Under the pieces are notes generated by a model. The model did not search any database and was not told the origin of the DNA. It saw only the letters and a list, made by a program, of their open reading frames with translations. From IMG/VR virus record IMGVR_UViG_3300031992_000030: a stretch of DNA of 64,000 nucleotides. One strand, 5' to 3'. The DNA is from a virus. Lineage: Duplodnaviria; Caudoviricetes. Shown here piece after piece: positions 30,545 to 38,356 of the stretch (positions are counted from its first letter, which is position 1; the number at the start of each line of letters is the position of its first letter). Position numbers and translations under genes: made by a program.

Positions 30545-30745
30545 TTACTCATCTGTGTCATACTCAAAAAATAACCAAAGTACCAGAAGAGCAAACTCAA
30601 GACCTGCTATACACAGAAGTATTGTAGCAAAAAACCCATACTCTTGTGTTTTTCCAAATGCAAATATTAGGGTAAGACAAATAGGACACGCAAATAATAA
30701 ACAAGCGAGTACAAAACTTCCAATGCCTCTAATTAGTTTATTCAT
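30545..30745 (-). CDS. Small two-TM membrane protein
   Basis: Two hydrophobic helices, RBS. Confidence 0.6.
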   Translation of the reverse strand: MNKLIRGIGSFVLACLLFACPICLTLIFAFGKTQEYGFFATILLCIAGLEFALLVLWLFFEYDTDE

Positions 30746-30747
30746 TT

Positions 30748-30912
30748 TTAACCTCCATCAGAAAAAGGACTTGACAAATCTTCCTTAAGATAGATGGATT
30801 TATCATTATATGTCATTGTTAAATTTGCCCATCCATCACCGCAGTCAAGAAGAATCATCTTGTCTCTGTCTTTCTCTATATCTACTCTTTTCAAAAAATC
30901 ACCTAATGTCAT
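30748..30912 (-). CDS. Hypothetical protein (54 aa, below the ORF-track cutoff)
   Basis: MTLGDFLKRVDIEKDRDK...; overlaps the upstream stop as ATGA. Confidence 0.55.
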   Translation of the reverse strand: MTLGDFLKRVDIEKDRDKMILLDCGDGWANLTMTYNDKSIYLKEDLSSPFSDGG

Positions 30913-31073
30913 TTTTTATTACCTCTCATATCTGCACCACAAGTAAGACAAAAGTCTAATATTTTATTGGGATCTGAATATGATCCACAATTAGAACATA
31001 TTAAACATTCAGATTGATTAGAATTAATTTTATATCTTATCCAATGTCCTGTCGGTCTCTTATGTTTTAACAT
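30909..31073 (-). CDS. Zn-ribbon protein (54 aa, below the ORF-track cutoff)
   Basis: MLKHKRPTGHWI...CSNCG...FCLTCGADMRG. Confidence 0.6.
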   Translation of the reverse strand: MLKHKRPTGHWIRYKINSNQSECLICSNCGSYSDPNKILDFCLTCGADMRGNKK

Positions 31074-31282
31074 ATTGATTCTTCTCTTTTACTTTTCAAT
31101 TTAGTTTGAAGATATATTATAAATTCATATATACAATCTTCGCAAATATGATGTGTTCTATTATCAGAGCAACTACCCGCATAGCCAATAAGATAATTTT
31201 TACTTTTAATTATGTAATAACGCTTATTTACTCCAACACGTTCTCCGCAAATATCACATATTTTATGCTTTGGTATAATCAT
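31067..31282 (-). CDS. Zn-ribbon protein
   Basis: CDICG...HICEDC. Confidence 0.6.
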   Translation of the reverse strand: MIIPKHKICDICGERVGVNKRYYIIKSKNYLIGYAGSCSDNRTHHICEDCIYEFIIYLQTKLKSKREESIC

Positions 31283-31452
31283 TCTTCTCCTCCAATCATA
31301 AGATATAACAGATTTCCTTCAAATTTTGAATGGTTATTAGATAAACAATCGTGAAACTCTTCGTCTGATAAGATACAGACTGCTTCAGGAACACAATTGG
31401 AATTCTTTGGCGTGATAATTTTTGAATAAATACATTCTTTACAATTTTTCAT
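31279..31452 (-). CDS. Small Cys-rich protein
   Basis: MKNCKEC...; internal start chosen. Confidence 0.45.
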   Translation of the reverse strand: MKNCKECIYSKIITPKNSNCVPEAVCILSDEEFHDCLSNNHSKFEGNLLYLMIGGEE

Positions 31453-31603
31453 TTTTATTCTTCCTCTGAAACTTTTTGTAAAATTTACAATTCTCATCGT
31501 CTGGGAGTCGTTCAAACCGGTGGCAACGACAACAAACCCAATCTTCATAGTCAAAATCTCCGAGATTTTCTCCTTCTTCACAACTATAACAAAGACTTTT
31601 CAT
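31439..31603 (-). CDS. Small Cys-rich protein
   Basis: MKSLCYSC...CCRC after GGGAGG RBS. Confidence 0.5.
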   Translation of the reverse strand: MKSLCYSCEEGENLGDFDYEDWVCCRCHRFERLPDDENCKFYKKFQRKNKNEKL

Positions 31604-32009
31604 TTTTTTCCTCCCTATTGTCATTTAAGTTTATATGACTTACTACCCGACCTTCAAAATTAATAATATCTCCATTACTTGTAACAAAAAGTTTATCTGT
31701 CCATCGAATTTCATTATTGCCTTTTTTATATCTCATGTCTGCTCCGCAAGTCGGACAAAAGCTGTAATGAGGTTTTTGATTATAACCACCGCCATAATCA
31801 ATATATCTACATTCTGAACAATGCCAATTACCAATGTTTGGATTTCCATCATATTGATTATATTCCCATTTACCTTTTGGTCTTTCTTCGTAAAGTTTAC
31901 CATTACGAACTGCTTGGTCAATTGCTTTTCTATCTTCCAAACTTGTGTTTACCCCATTATCAAATAGTCGAGTAAATACATTCTCATCAATATCAATTAC
32001 AATTTTCAT
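31584..32009 (-). CDS. Zn-ribbon protein
   Basis: GKW...CSEC...FCPTCGADMR. Confidence 0.65.
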   Translation of the reverse strand: MKIVIDIDENVFTRLFDNGVNTSLEDRKAIDQAVRNGKLYEERPKGKWEYNQYDGNPNIGNWHCSECRYIDYGGGYNQKPHYSFCPTCGADMRYKKGNNEIRWTDKLFVTSNGDIINFEGRVVSHINLNDNREEKNEKSLL

Positions 32010-32297
32010 TTTTCATTCTCTTCTCCTTCTATTGGTTCTCCGTATTACATACTCACTTGTTATTCTTATTCTATTCTATCTTCATATATATATTATAACA
32101 TATTTTTATTTATTTGTCAAGATGAATTTTTACAAAAATTTATAAAACCATTTTTATTTGGACAATTTGGTCTCAAAATTTTGAAGAGTGGTTTTTTAGC
32201 TGCGAGACGATTTGTGCGCTTGGGCGCGGTGCGAGCAACCCATGTAAACTTTTTTACCAAATAAAAAAAGGGAGATTTCAATTAAGAAATCTCCCAT

Positions 32298-32370
32298 TGG
32301 AGTGCCCCGTGGGAGTTGAACCCACCCCAACGGTTTTGCAGACCGCTTGCCCTCCGCGAACATGAGGCAC
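32298..32370 (-). tRNA. tRNA-Cys(GCA)
   Basis: GTGCCTC/GGGGCAC acceptor, CTGCAAA loop, TTCAACT T-loop, U73, CCA; short atypical D-arm. Confidence 0.85.
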
Positions 32371-32371
32371 A

Positions 32372-32581
32372 TTACTCTAACTTATCATCATAATCATCAA
32401 CATAAAATCTATCATCATCGTAATAAGTGCTTAACATATATCTTAAATCAAAAGCTAAATCTTGGATATGAGATTCCTGACTTTCGTTTTCTATTTTAGT
32501 CAAACCACTCCAACATCTCTCTATAAGAGCATCACGATTATCAGCACCTAATTTATTGTTTAATTGATATTTAGTTTTCAT
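32372..32581 (-). CDS. Hypothetical protein
   Basis: RBS, operonic. Confidence 0.55.
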   Translation of the reverse strand: MKTKYQLNNKLGADNRDALIERCWSGLTKIENESQESHIQDLAFDLRYMLSTYYDDDRFYVDDYDDKLE

Positions 32582-33111
32582 TATAAATGTCCTCCAGTAA
32601 CCGTATCAAACCAAAAGTTCCAGTTAATTAATTCGCATATAATTAGATTGTGATACTCACCGTACTTATCTCTCATATATCCTGTCAACTGGAACAGATT
32701 TTTATTATACCCACCGGCCGCACTTTCAACTATCTTCTGGTAGCCTTTTCCAGCCTTGTTATCAGCAACATATCTAAACTCAACTCTACGAGGTTTCATA
32801 GATAAAATTTCCTCAATAACTTTTGCTATTCCAAGAGCCATAGTCATCTTATACTTTGGATTTTGATTAAGACAAATCAAACCAAAATTACAAACTTGAT
32901 GTGCATAAAAATCAACTCTATAACTGATATATCCTACTACTACATTGTACTCTTGATTTACAATGGCATACTGATAACATCCATTTTCTTCTTTAATAGT
33001 CCATTCATAATTCTCAATACATCCATTATAAAAGAGCATTGCTTCAGAATATTGATTCATCTTGAACAAAGTTTCAAGTTCGTTTTTACGAGCCATAGCT
33101 GGGACTAACAT
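32581..33111 (-). CDS. GNAT-like acetyltransferase
   Basis: QYAIV...VGYISY...RRVEF...N.A..GY...RDKYGEYHN pattern of RimJ/RimL-like proteins. Confidence 0.55.
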   Translation of the reverse strand: MLVPAMARKNELETLFKMNQYSEAMLFYNGCIENYEWTIKEENGCYQYAIVNQEYNVVVGYISYRVDFYAHQVCNFGLICLNQNPKYKMTMALGIAKVIEEILSMKPRRVEFRYVADNKAGKGYQKIVESAAGGYNKNLFQLTGYMRDKYGEYHNLIICELINWNFWFDTVTGGHL

Positions 33112-33292
33112 AAATATCTATTCTCTCCTCGACTATCATTATCTTACTAACATAATAATCTATATATTCATAAGGAACATCTTTTACAAAACCTTTGTAC
33201 ACCAATTCACCTAAAAGATGAATTCCAATTTTATCTCCAAGTTTTGGAATTAAATTGAGTAAATCACCAAGTTGAATTGCTTTATACTCCAT
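33086..33292 (-). CDS. Hypothetical protein (similar to 54830 and 59719)
   Basis: L.DLL...YKG...DVPY pattern. Confidence 0.45.
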   Translation of the reverse strand: MEYKAIQLGDLLNLIPKLGDKIGIHLLGELVYKGFVKDVPYEYIDYYVSKIMIVEERIDIYVSPSYGS

Positions 33293-33530
33293 GACCGAAT
33301 ACCTCATTAAGTACATCATATACTTCTTCTGGAGTATTGCAGATATTATATGCTTTTTGGATAGTGTATAACTGTTTCAGCCAGTCTGCCATATGTCTAT
33401 CGTGGTCAGCATATCTTAATTCTTGACCCGCAGAACTATCAAAACCATCTCTTGCGAATCTATGGGCTTGTTCTACGTGCTTTGTAGCAGAATTGTAAAA
33501 ATTTTCTATTTCTTTTTCAATATCATTCAT
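33282..33530 (-). CDS. Hypothetical protein
   Basis: RBS, operonic. Confidence 0.55.
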   Translation of the reverse strand: MNDIEKEIENFYNSATKHVEQAHRFARDGFDSSAGQELRYADHDRHMADWLKQLYTIQKAYNICNTPEEVYDVLNEVFGHGV

Positions 33531-33798
33531 TTTTTATTTCCTCCATTTTAGTAAAATAAACATTTACTTGTTCTTCACTTATATATTCAAAATTAGCACG
33601 AAAACCACAATCTTCAGCAATATTGTTAAGTTCTTTTACAAGTTTTTTAAAGCCTTCGATAGGAGCGAAGTGTGGACAAGTTAGTTCATCAGGGTCGGTT
33701 GAAAATTTAAATGTATTACAATGCTTTTGAGAGTAATGAGCGCAATCTTCACAAAATTTAATTCCAAGTTCTTTTGTGGTTCCTACAATTTTCTTCAT
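33523..33798 (-). CDS. Hypothetical Cys-containing protein
   Basis: Operonic overlap. Confidence 0.55.
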   Translation of the reverse strand: MKKIVGTTKELGIKFCEDCAHYSQKHCNTFKFSTDPDELTCPHFAPIEGFKKLVKELNNIAEDCGFRANFEYISEEQVNVYFTKMEEIKNE

Positions 33799-34301
33799 AT
33801 AAATTGAGCCCTTTCTTTAAATTTCTTTTTGGCAAATTCTTCTGCTTCTGTATCACCGACTTTTACTATTAAACCCCTATCGAGTCCACTTTTAATCCAA
33901 TAATAAAACTTACCCGCATAGGCTTTTTCATCTATAATAACCTTACATTCATATTCTCCATCTGTTTCTGGTAAATGAGTGATATAGCATCCATCAAAAC
34001 CATTTTCTTTTTCTAATTCGCCGTGAAGATAAATATATGGAGTTGCTTTGAAGGTATAATCTTTAACCCCTATAACTTTTACATCTTCTTCCACAGTAAC
34101 CAAGTGTACAGACCAAGAGCCGAAATCACAGTAAGTTTCTCCTTTATCTCCTAACCAACCACGAGTAAAACGAGGATTAGGAAAACCCCATTTTGCCATT
34201 TCTTCTAAACAGGCTTGATGATATTCTTCATAGGAGAAATACTCACCTATTTTAGTACGGTCTTTGTTTGGGTACTCAAGATATAATATATATTTTTTCA
34301 T
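33795..34301 (-). CDS. Hypothetical protein
   Basis: Own promoter and RBS. Confidence 0.6.
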   Translation of the reverse strand: MKKYILYLEYPNKDRTKIGEYFSYEEYHQACLEEMAKWGFPNPRFTRGWLGDKGETYCDFGSWSVHLVTVEEDVKVIGVKDYTFKATPYIYLHGELEKENGFDGCYITHLPETDGEYECKVIIDEKAYAGKFYYWIKSGLDRGLIVKVGDTEAEEFAKKKFKERAQFI

Positions 34302-34420
34302 AAAGCATATTTCTCCTTTATTTTATATATATATTATATCATAATTTTTTATTTTTGTCAATAAAGTTTTTATTGTTTGCGGCGGGGCGTTCCTGAGATC
34401 CTCATGACCAAGGACCGCAC

Positions 34421-35212
34421 TTACTCATAAAGATAAAAAATCTTTTCATCTTCAAGTCTGATGCAAGCCAAGTTTCCGTTACGGCCATCCTCATCGTCTG
34501 GATAATTCTTTCCGTACACCAGGCCGCAATCTATATTTATAAAACGACGATTTCTTTCGTTATATAAAGTACAAACTTTACCTTTATTATAAAACATTTC
34601 GGTCGGTATAATGGTTGGTGTATGACCAAAAATTATTGTTGCATTTGGTTTTCCGCCATATTTAATTCCCTCTTCTCTTGCCCAAATATAAAAATCTTCT
34701 ATATCTTCAGCAAGATAATCAAAAGGTTTTTCTTCTGTAAAAGCAGTAAAGTCTTCTGGTGAGATAAAACCGCCATGAATAACAATAAATTCTTTACCAT
34801 TTATTTCTAAATCAAAATAATAGGGCATATCAGTAATCATCTTGTTCCAACGCTGGAAATCAGTAGCACTTAAATTATGTTCATTTACAAGTTTTTCTAC
34901 TGTACCATAATAATCATATACGCCACTATTCCATACATCTTCAAATTGTATCACTTCACTTTTATTATGAGCATTATTAAAAATCTTACTACAATATCTT
35001 GCAAAATCTATATCATGATTGCCCTTGATAAACTTAACTCCTTTTGGTTTACTATGAGCATATTCAAGCATTTCGTATGACTGAGGTCCACGATCCACAA
35101 TATCACCCGCAATAATAAGTTCATCTACTTCTGGGTTAAAATTAATTTTATTTAACATTTGTTGAAATTCATTATAACAGCCGTGAATATCAGCCATAAC
35201 ATAAGTAGACAT
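34421..35212 (-). CDS. Calcineurin-like metallophosphoesterase (Ser/Thr phosphatase / ApaH-like)
   Basis: DIHG, GDIVDRGP, GNHD, HGG, FGHTP, IDCG motifs. Confidence 0.92.
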   Translation of the reverse strand: MSTYVMADIHGCYNEFQQMLNKINFNPEVDELIIAGDIVDRGPQSYEMLEYAHSKPKGVKFIKGNHDIDFARYCSKIFNNAHNKSEVIQFEDVWNSGVYDYYGTVEKLVNEHNLSATDFQRWNKMITDMPYYFDLEINGKEFIVIHGGFISPEDFTAFTEEKPFDYLAEDIEDFYIWAREEGIKYGGKPNATIIFGHTPTIIPTEMFYNKGKVCTLYNERNRRFINIDCGLVYGKNYPDDEDGRNGNLACIRLEDEKIFYLYE

Positions 35213-35350
35213 AATTATTTCCTCACTTTATTTTTTTCTATATATATTGTACTATAATTTTTAATCATTGTCAATAAAGAATTTTGAATCTTGTCCATGA
35301 TTAATCAAATCATATTTTTTAGTTAGACATACACATAGTTCCTTAAATAC

Positions 35351-35376
35351 AAAAATGGGGAGGCACAACCCTCCCC
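35351..35376 (-). terminator. Terminator of the tRNA operon
   Basis: GGGGAGG/CCTCCCC hairpin plus U-run. Confidence 0.7.
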
Positions 35377-35379
35377 CGC

Positions 35380-35531
35380 AGCAGTATATCCACTGGAGTT
35401 CCCTCTGTTCAATTTATATACCGCAGATATGAGGTGGGTGGACCCGTACCAAAGGGTAACACGACCTTTTTAGGAGTTGGTCCTCCAGTGTCCCTATTTT
35501 ATTCTCTTCGTGATACAGGCCCAATGCGGTT
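35380..35531 (-). ncRNA. Unidentified structured RNA with pseudoknot
   Basis: ACCGCA/TGCGGT, 12-bp GGGCCTGTATCA/TGGTACGGGTCC, loop CACTGGAG pairing downstream CTCCAGTG. Confidence 0.5.
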
Positions 35532-35535
35532 ACAA

Positions 35536-35687
35536 TCTTGAAGATGAGGATTTGCACCTCATATAGCAATACTATTTCAACTATGGATTCGTGTTGTCGT
35601 TTCACCAACATCAGTTTAGTTTCTTGTCTTTTCAACAATCAATAATTGCCTTACCTTTAAGCGTCTACCTATTCCGCCACCTCAAGA
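35536..35687 (-). ncRNA. tRNA-like RNA with about 90 nt in place of the anticodon arm
   Basis: 8-bp acceptor-like stem, Leu-type D-arm GGCGGAATAGGTAGACGC, T-like arm ATGAGG-TGCAAAT-CCTCAT, no CCA. Confidence 0.65.
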
Positions 35688-35691
35688 TATT

Positions 35692-35767
35692 TGGGTGATA
35701 TAATCAGATTTGAACTGATATCTTCAAGAGCCACGGTCTTGCGTTTTACCATTAAACTATATACCAC
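35692..35767 (-). tRNA. tRNA-His(GTG), C33 variant
   Basis: G-1:C73, CAAGA-CCGTGGC-TCTTG, CCA. Confidence 0.85.
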
Positions 35768-35772
35768 ATATT

Positions 35773-35864
35773 TGGCGATGGTACTCAGATTCGAACTGAG
35801 ACGTCGCTTACACGACTACTCATGGTTTAGCAAACCACTGCCTTACCATTAGGCTTATACCATC
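35773..35864 (-). tRNA. tRNA-Ser(GCT)
   Basis: TTGCTAA loop, long variable arm, G73, CCA. Confidence 0.9.
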
Positions 35865-35868
35865 ATTA

Positions 35869-35934
35869 ATGACAGCGTGTGCACCTTGTACTTTGGCATT
35901 GAAACTGTTAATTCGGATTGCTGCACATCTGGCC
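35869..35934 (-). ncRNA. Possible divergent member of the CAGCAA-stem RNA family
   Basis: TGTGCA-GCAAT...TGCACA...GTCAT; outer stem imperfect. Confidence 0.35.
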
Positions 35935-35984
35935 TTCCATCCTATAAAACCTATGTTTTTCTGCATACTTTAATTCTCACTTCT

Positions 35985-36060
35985 TGGCAGCCGCGAAAGG
36001 AATCGAACCTTTATCTTCTGGTTCAGAGCCAGATATACTAAGCCTTTATACGACACGGCC
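35985..36060 (-). tRNA. tRNA-Gln(CTG)
   Basis: TCTGG-CTCTGAA-CCAGA, TTCGATT T-loop, CCA. Confidence 0.88.
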
Positions 36061-36084
36061 ATTTTAGAAAGGGTAAAGCCCTTT

Positions 36085-36576
36085 CTACTTACTATACTTA
36101 TTAGCAATACCACTTGCGGTATAACTATAAGGCTTAATCAAACAAGTGTAACCGCAAGCAGTTACCCACTTTGTGATTTCATTTATTAACATAGAAGTCT
36201 TTCCATCTTGTCCAATATCACAATGAATTTGGAAAGTTAAGTCGAGATTATTTATATCAATATCATATTCATATAAAGCCAACTCTAACTTATCAACCAA
36301 ACCATTGGCAATCTCAAGACTTCTTGATGTTTCGGTACTGATTTTTTGCTTCAAATTAGAAATCTTATGCATATACTCTATGTTATAGAAATATATACCA
36401 CCATTTCCTTGTCTATGTACCGCTATTACCTCAACCATTTTTGTTTGTCTATGGTTTTGGCTATCAGTACCAACAGTGAACTCATAAGTTGCATTAGGTT
36501 GGTCAGCGATGTACTTAGCTATCTTGTTAATAATTTGATCTTCGGTCATTTCTTGACCAGATGCTGACCTAAACAC
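36085..36576 (-). CDS. RNase H-like YkuK (DUF458) family protein
   Basis: VGTDSQ, E..RSL, IHCDIG..G.T, IKP.SY.AS..AN.YSK. Confidence 0.8.
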   Translation of the reverse strand: MFRSASGQEMTEDQIINKIAKYIADQPNATYEFTVGTDSQNHRQTKMVEVIAVHRQGNGGIYFYNIEYMHKISNLKQKISTETSRSLEIANGLVDKLELALYEYDIDINNLDLTFQIHCDIGQDGKTSMLINEITKWVTACGYTCLIKPYSYTASGIANKYSK

Positions 36577-36621
36577 GACAACTTATCTCCTTTCATTTTT
36601 GTTTTGTATGTCCTTGCGGAC

Positions 36622-36698
36622 TGGCACACCGGGAGGGATTTGAACCCAGTCATCGTGCGGTTTTGGAGACCGCTGTTTTACCGTTAAACTACCGGTGC
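36622..36698 (-). tRNA. tRNA-Trp(CCA)
   Basis: GCGGT-CTCCAAA-ACCGC, CCA; T-stem imperfect. Confidence 0.82.
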
Positions 36699-36704
36699 AT
36701 ATTT

Positions 36705-36780
36705 TGGTTGGAAGTGTGAGAGTCGAACTCACCGCAACCGCTTTATAAGAACGGCCCCATAACCGCTTGGGTAACTTCCA
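36705..36780 (-). tRNA. tRNA-Ile(TAT)
   Basis: CCGTT-CTTATAA-AGCGG, A73, CCA. Confidence 0.85.
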
Positions 36781-36789
36781 GTAAATAAA

Positions 36790-36900
36790 TGGTGCACGAG
36801 GTAGGACTCGAACCTACACACTATCCATAGTATCTAACATATACCGCGAATCTAATATTAGACTTGTGGATTAGCCGTCTTCCTATTGCGGCACTCGTCC
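36790..36900 (-). ncRNA. tRNA-Leu-like RNA with elongated anticodon arm and no canonical anticodon loop
   Basis: Leu-type D-arm, long variable arm, TTCGAGT T-loop, ACCA end; anticodon region is an extended hairpin capped by TCTAATATTAGA. Confidence 0.7.
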
Positions 36901-36907
36901 ATGAATT

Positions 36908-36992
36908 TGGTGGGCAGGGTGAGTGTCGATCTCACTATTCCCGAAGGAGTCGGATTTACGGTCCGATGCAGTTGCCGATTTGCTACCTACCC
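36908..36992 (-). tRNA. tRNA-Tyr(GTA), C33 variant
   Basis: TCGGA-CCGTAAA-TCCGA, long variable arm, T-loop ATCGACA, CCA. Confidence 0.85.
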
Positions 36993-36996
36993 ATGT

Positions 36997-37070
36997 TGGA
37001 GCCGTATACGAGGTTTGAACTCGTACTATCTGCTTGGAGGGCAGAGGTGCTACCATTACACCAATACGAC
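36997..37070 (-). tRNA. tRNA-Gly(TCC), C33 variant
   Basis: TCTGC-CCTCCAA-GCAGA, U73, CCA. Confidence 0.85.
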
Positions 37071-37076
37071 ATTTGA

Positions 37077-37150
37077 TGGTGGCTTTACCGGGAGTCGAAC
37101 CCGAATAGACAACCTTATGAGAGTTGTTTGGGAACCAGACCCATAAAGCC
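37077..37150 (-). tRNA. tRNA-Met/Ile2(CAT)
   Basis: CAACT-CTCATAA-GGTTG, CCA; compact D-arm. Confidence 0.82.
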
Positions 37151-37241
37151 ATATCTCTTATTTTCTATATATATTATAACATAAAAAATTAGAGTTGTCA
37201 AGAAAAATTTTTGGGGCCAACACTAATTGTGCGGCCCCCGT

Positions 37242-37316
37242 TGGAGCAAGTAGTGGGAGTTGGACCCACATCTCAACCTTGGCAAGGTCGAATAATAACC
37301 GTTATACTATACCTGC
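37242..37316 (-). tRNA. tRNA-Gly(GCC)
   Basis: TTGCCAA loop, U73, CCA; T-loop TCCAACT. Confidence 0.87.
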
Positions 37317-37323
37317 ATTTAAT

Positions 37324-37401
37324 TGGTGCTCGCACAAGGATTCGAACCTTGGACCCCTTGCTTGTAAGGCAAATGCTCTCGACCAGCTGAGCTATGCGAG
37401 C
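37324..37401 (-). tRNA. tRNA-Val(TAC)
   Basis: Canonical cloverleaf, CTTACAA loop, CCA. Confidence 0.92.
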
Positions 37402-37407
37402 ATATAA

Positions 37408-37509
37408 ATGACGCTTTAAAGAGCCTCCCATAGGCGATTACAAAATTGAATGGCTTGTAATATAAGAATCGAACTTATTGTTATTATTTTGTATTGCTGT
37501 AAGCGTCAT
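37408..37509 (-). ncRNA. CAGCAA-stem RNA (Y-RNA-like candidate) carrying a T-arm
   Basis: ATGACGCTT-ACAGCAAT...ATAAG-TTCGATT-CTTAT...AAGCGTCAT. Confidence 0.65.
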
Positions 37510-37525
37510 ATAAAATTTAATTAAA

Positions 37526-37615
37526 TGACCCGACCTACGGAATCGAACCGATATATTTGATTTGCAGTCAAATTGTTTACCATAAACGAGCGTTTTGATT
37601 TGCTGATAAGGGTCA
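37526..37615 (-). ncRNA. CAGCAA-stem RNA carrying D, anticodon (GCA) and T arms
   Basis: TGACCC-TTATCAGCAAA...GTTTATGGTAAAC-A-TTTGA-CTGCAAA-TCAAA...CGG-TTCGATT-CCG...GGGTCA. Confidence 0.7.
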
Positions 37616-37629
37616 CAAAAAAATAAATT

Positions 37630-37765
37630 GGGGGAGAGGGAAGATAGGCGTTCCCCAACGCAATAGTTCCCTCAGGTGGGCTCTTTGGCACCCGGTCACC
37701 CAAATCCGGGGCGGTACATTGACGGCTGTCCGCAAGCCTCTGGTGGGGATTTTGAAGTGTCCCTA
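37630..37765 (-). ncRNA. Unidentified GC-rich structured RNA
   Basis: GAGGGAA/TTCCCTC, GCGTT/AACGC and CCGG/CCGG hairpins in an AT-rich operon; no credible ORF. Confidence 0.4.
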
Positions 37766-37881
37766 AACTTTAGAATGAGAAAAGTTAAGTTCAAATTTGA
37801 TATTGCGATACTGCCCCGCACCTCTTGAATAAGTATTCTTCTCTATTAAACTATCACAAATTTGATACTTAAAGTCCTCGT

Positions 37882-37961
37882 TGGTGGAGAATACGGGCAC
37901 CGACCCCGTCTGAATTTCCTGCTTGCAAGGCAGGCGACCACTCCGAGCAGTCCCATTCCCC
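37882..37961 (-). tRNA. tRNA-Ala(TGC)
   Basis: G3:U70, CCTGC-CTTGCAA-GCAGG, CCA; atypical T-loop GTCGGTG. Confidence 0.85.
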
Positions 37962-37968
37962 ATAATGA

Positions 37969-38027
37969 ATGACGCACATAAAAGAGAATTCAGGTCTTTT
38001 TTGTTTTTGCTTTGCTGTTGGCGTCAT
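37969..38027 (-). ncRNA. CAGCAA-stem RNA (minimal member)
   Basis: ATGACGC-CAACAGCAAA...AAAAGACCTGA...GCGTCAT. Confidence 0.65.
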
Positions 38028-38034
38028 ATAAAAG

Positions 38035-38110
38035 TGGTGTCTAGAGTAGGGATCGAACCTACCACGCAGGGATTTTCAGTCCCTCGCTCTTCCAACTGAG
38101 CTATCCAGAC
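38035..38110 (-). tRNA. tRNA-Phe(GAA)
   Basis: Canonical cloverleaf, CCA. Confidence 0.92.
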
Positions 38111-38115
38111 ATAAT

Positions 38116-38191
38116 TGGTGGGTGTGAGAGGACTCGAACCTCCACTCCCTTGATTAAGAGTCAAGTGCATTAGCCATTTTGCTACACACCC
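38116..38191 (-). tRNA. tRNA-Lys(CTT)
   Basis: CTTGA-CTCTTAA-TCAAG, CCA. Confidence 0.92.
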
Positions 38192-38194
38192 ATT

Positions 38195-38271
38195 TGGTGC
38201 TTGACAAGGGAATCGAACCCTCAAAAAACTGATTTTGAGTCAGTCATGTCTGCCAGTTGCATCAATCAAGC
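38195..38271 (-). tRNA. tRNA-Leu(CAA), short variable loop
   Basis: ACTGA-CTCAAAA-TCAGT, Leu-type D-arm, A73, CCA. Confidence 0.88.
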
Positions 38272-38275
38272 ATAT

Positions 38276-38351
38276 TGGTACCCCGACAGCGACTCGAACG
38301 CTGAACCTACACTTTAGAAGAGTGTTGCACTTCCAGTTGTGCTACCGGGGC
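38276..38351 (-). tRNA. tRNA-Arg(TCT)
   Basis: ACACT-CTTCTAA-AGTGT, CCA. Confidence 0.9.
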
Positions 38352-38356
38352 ATAAT

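Noticed and set aside
35380-35687. tmRNA
   Set aside because: No GGGG...CCA alanine acceptor with G3:U70 and no tag reading frame ending in Ala-Ala
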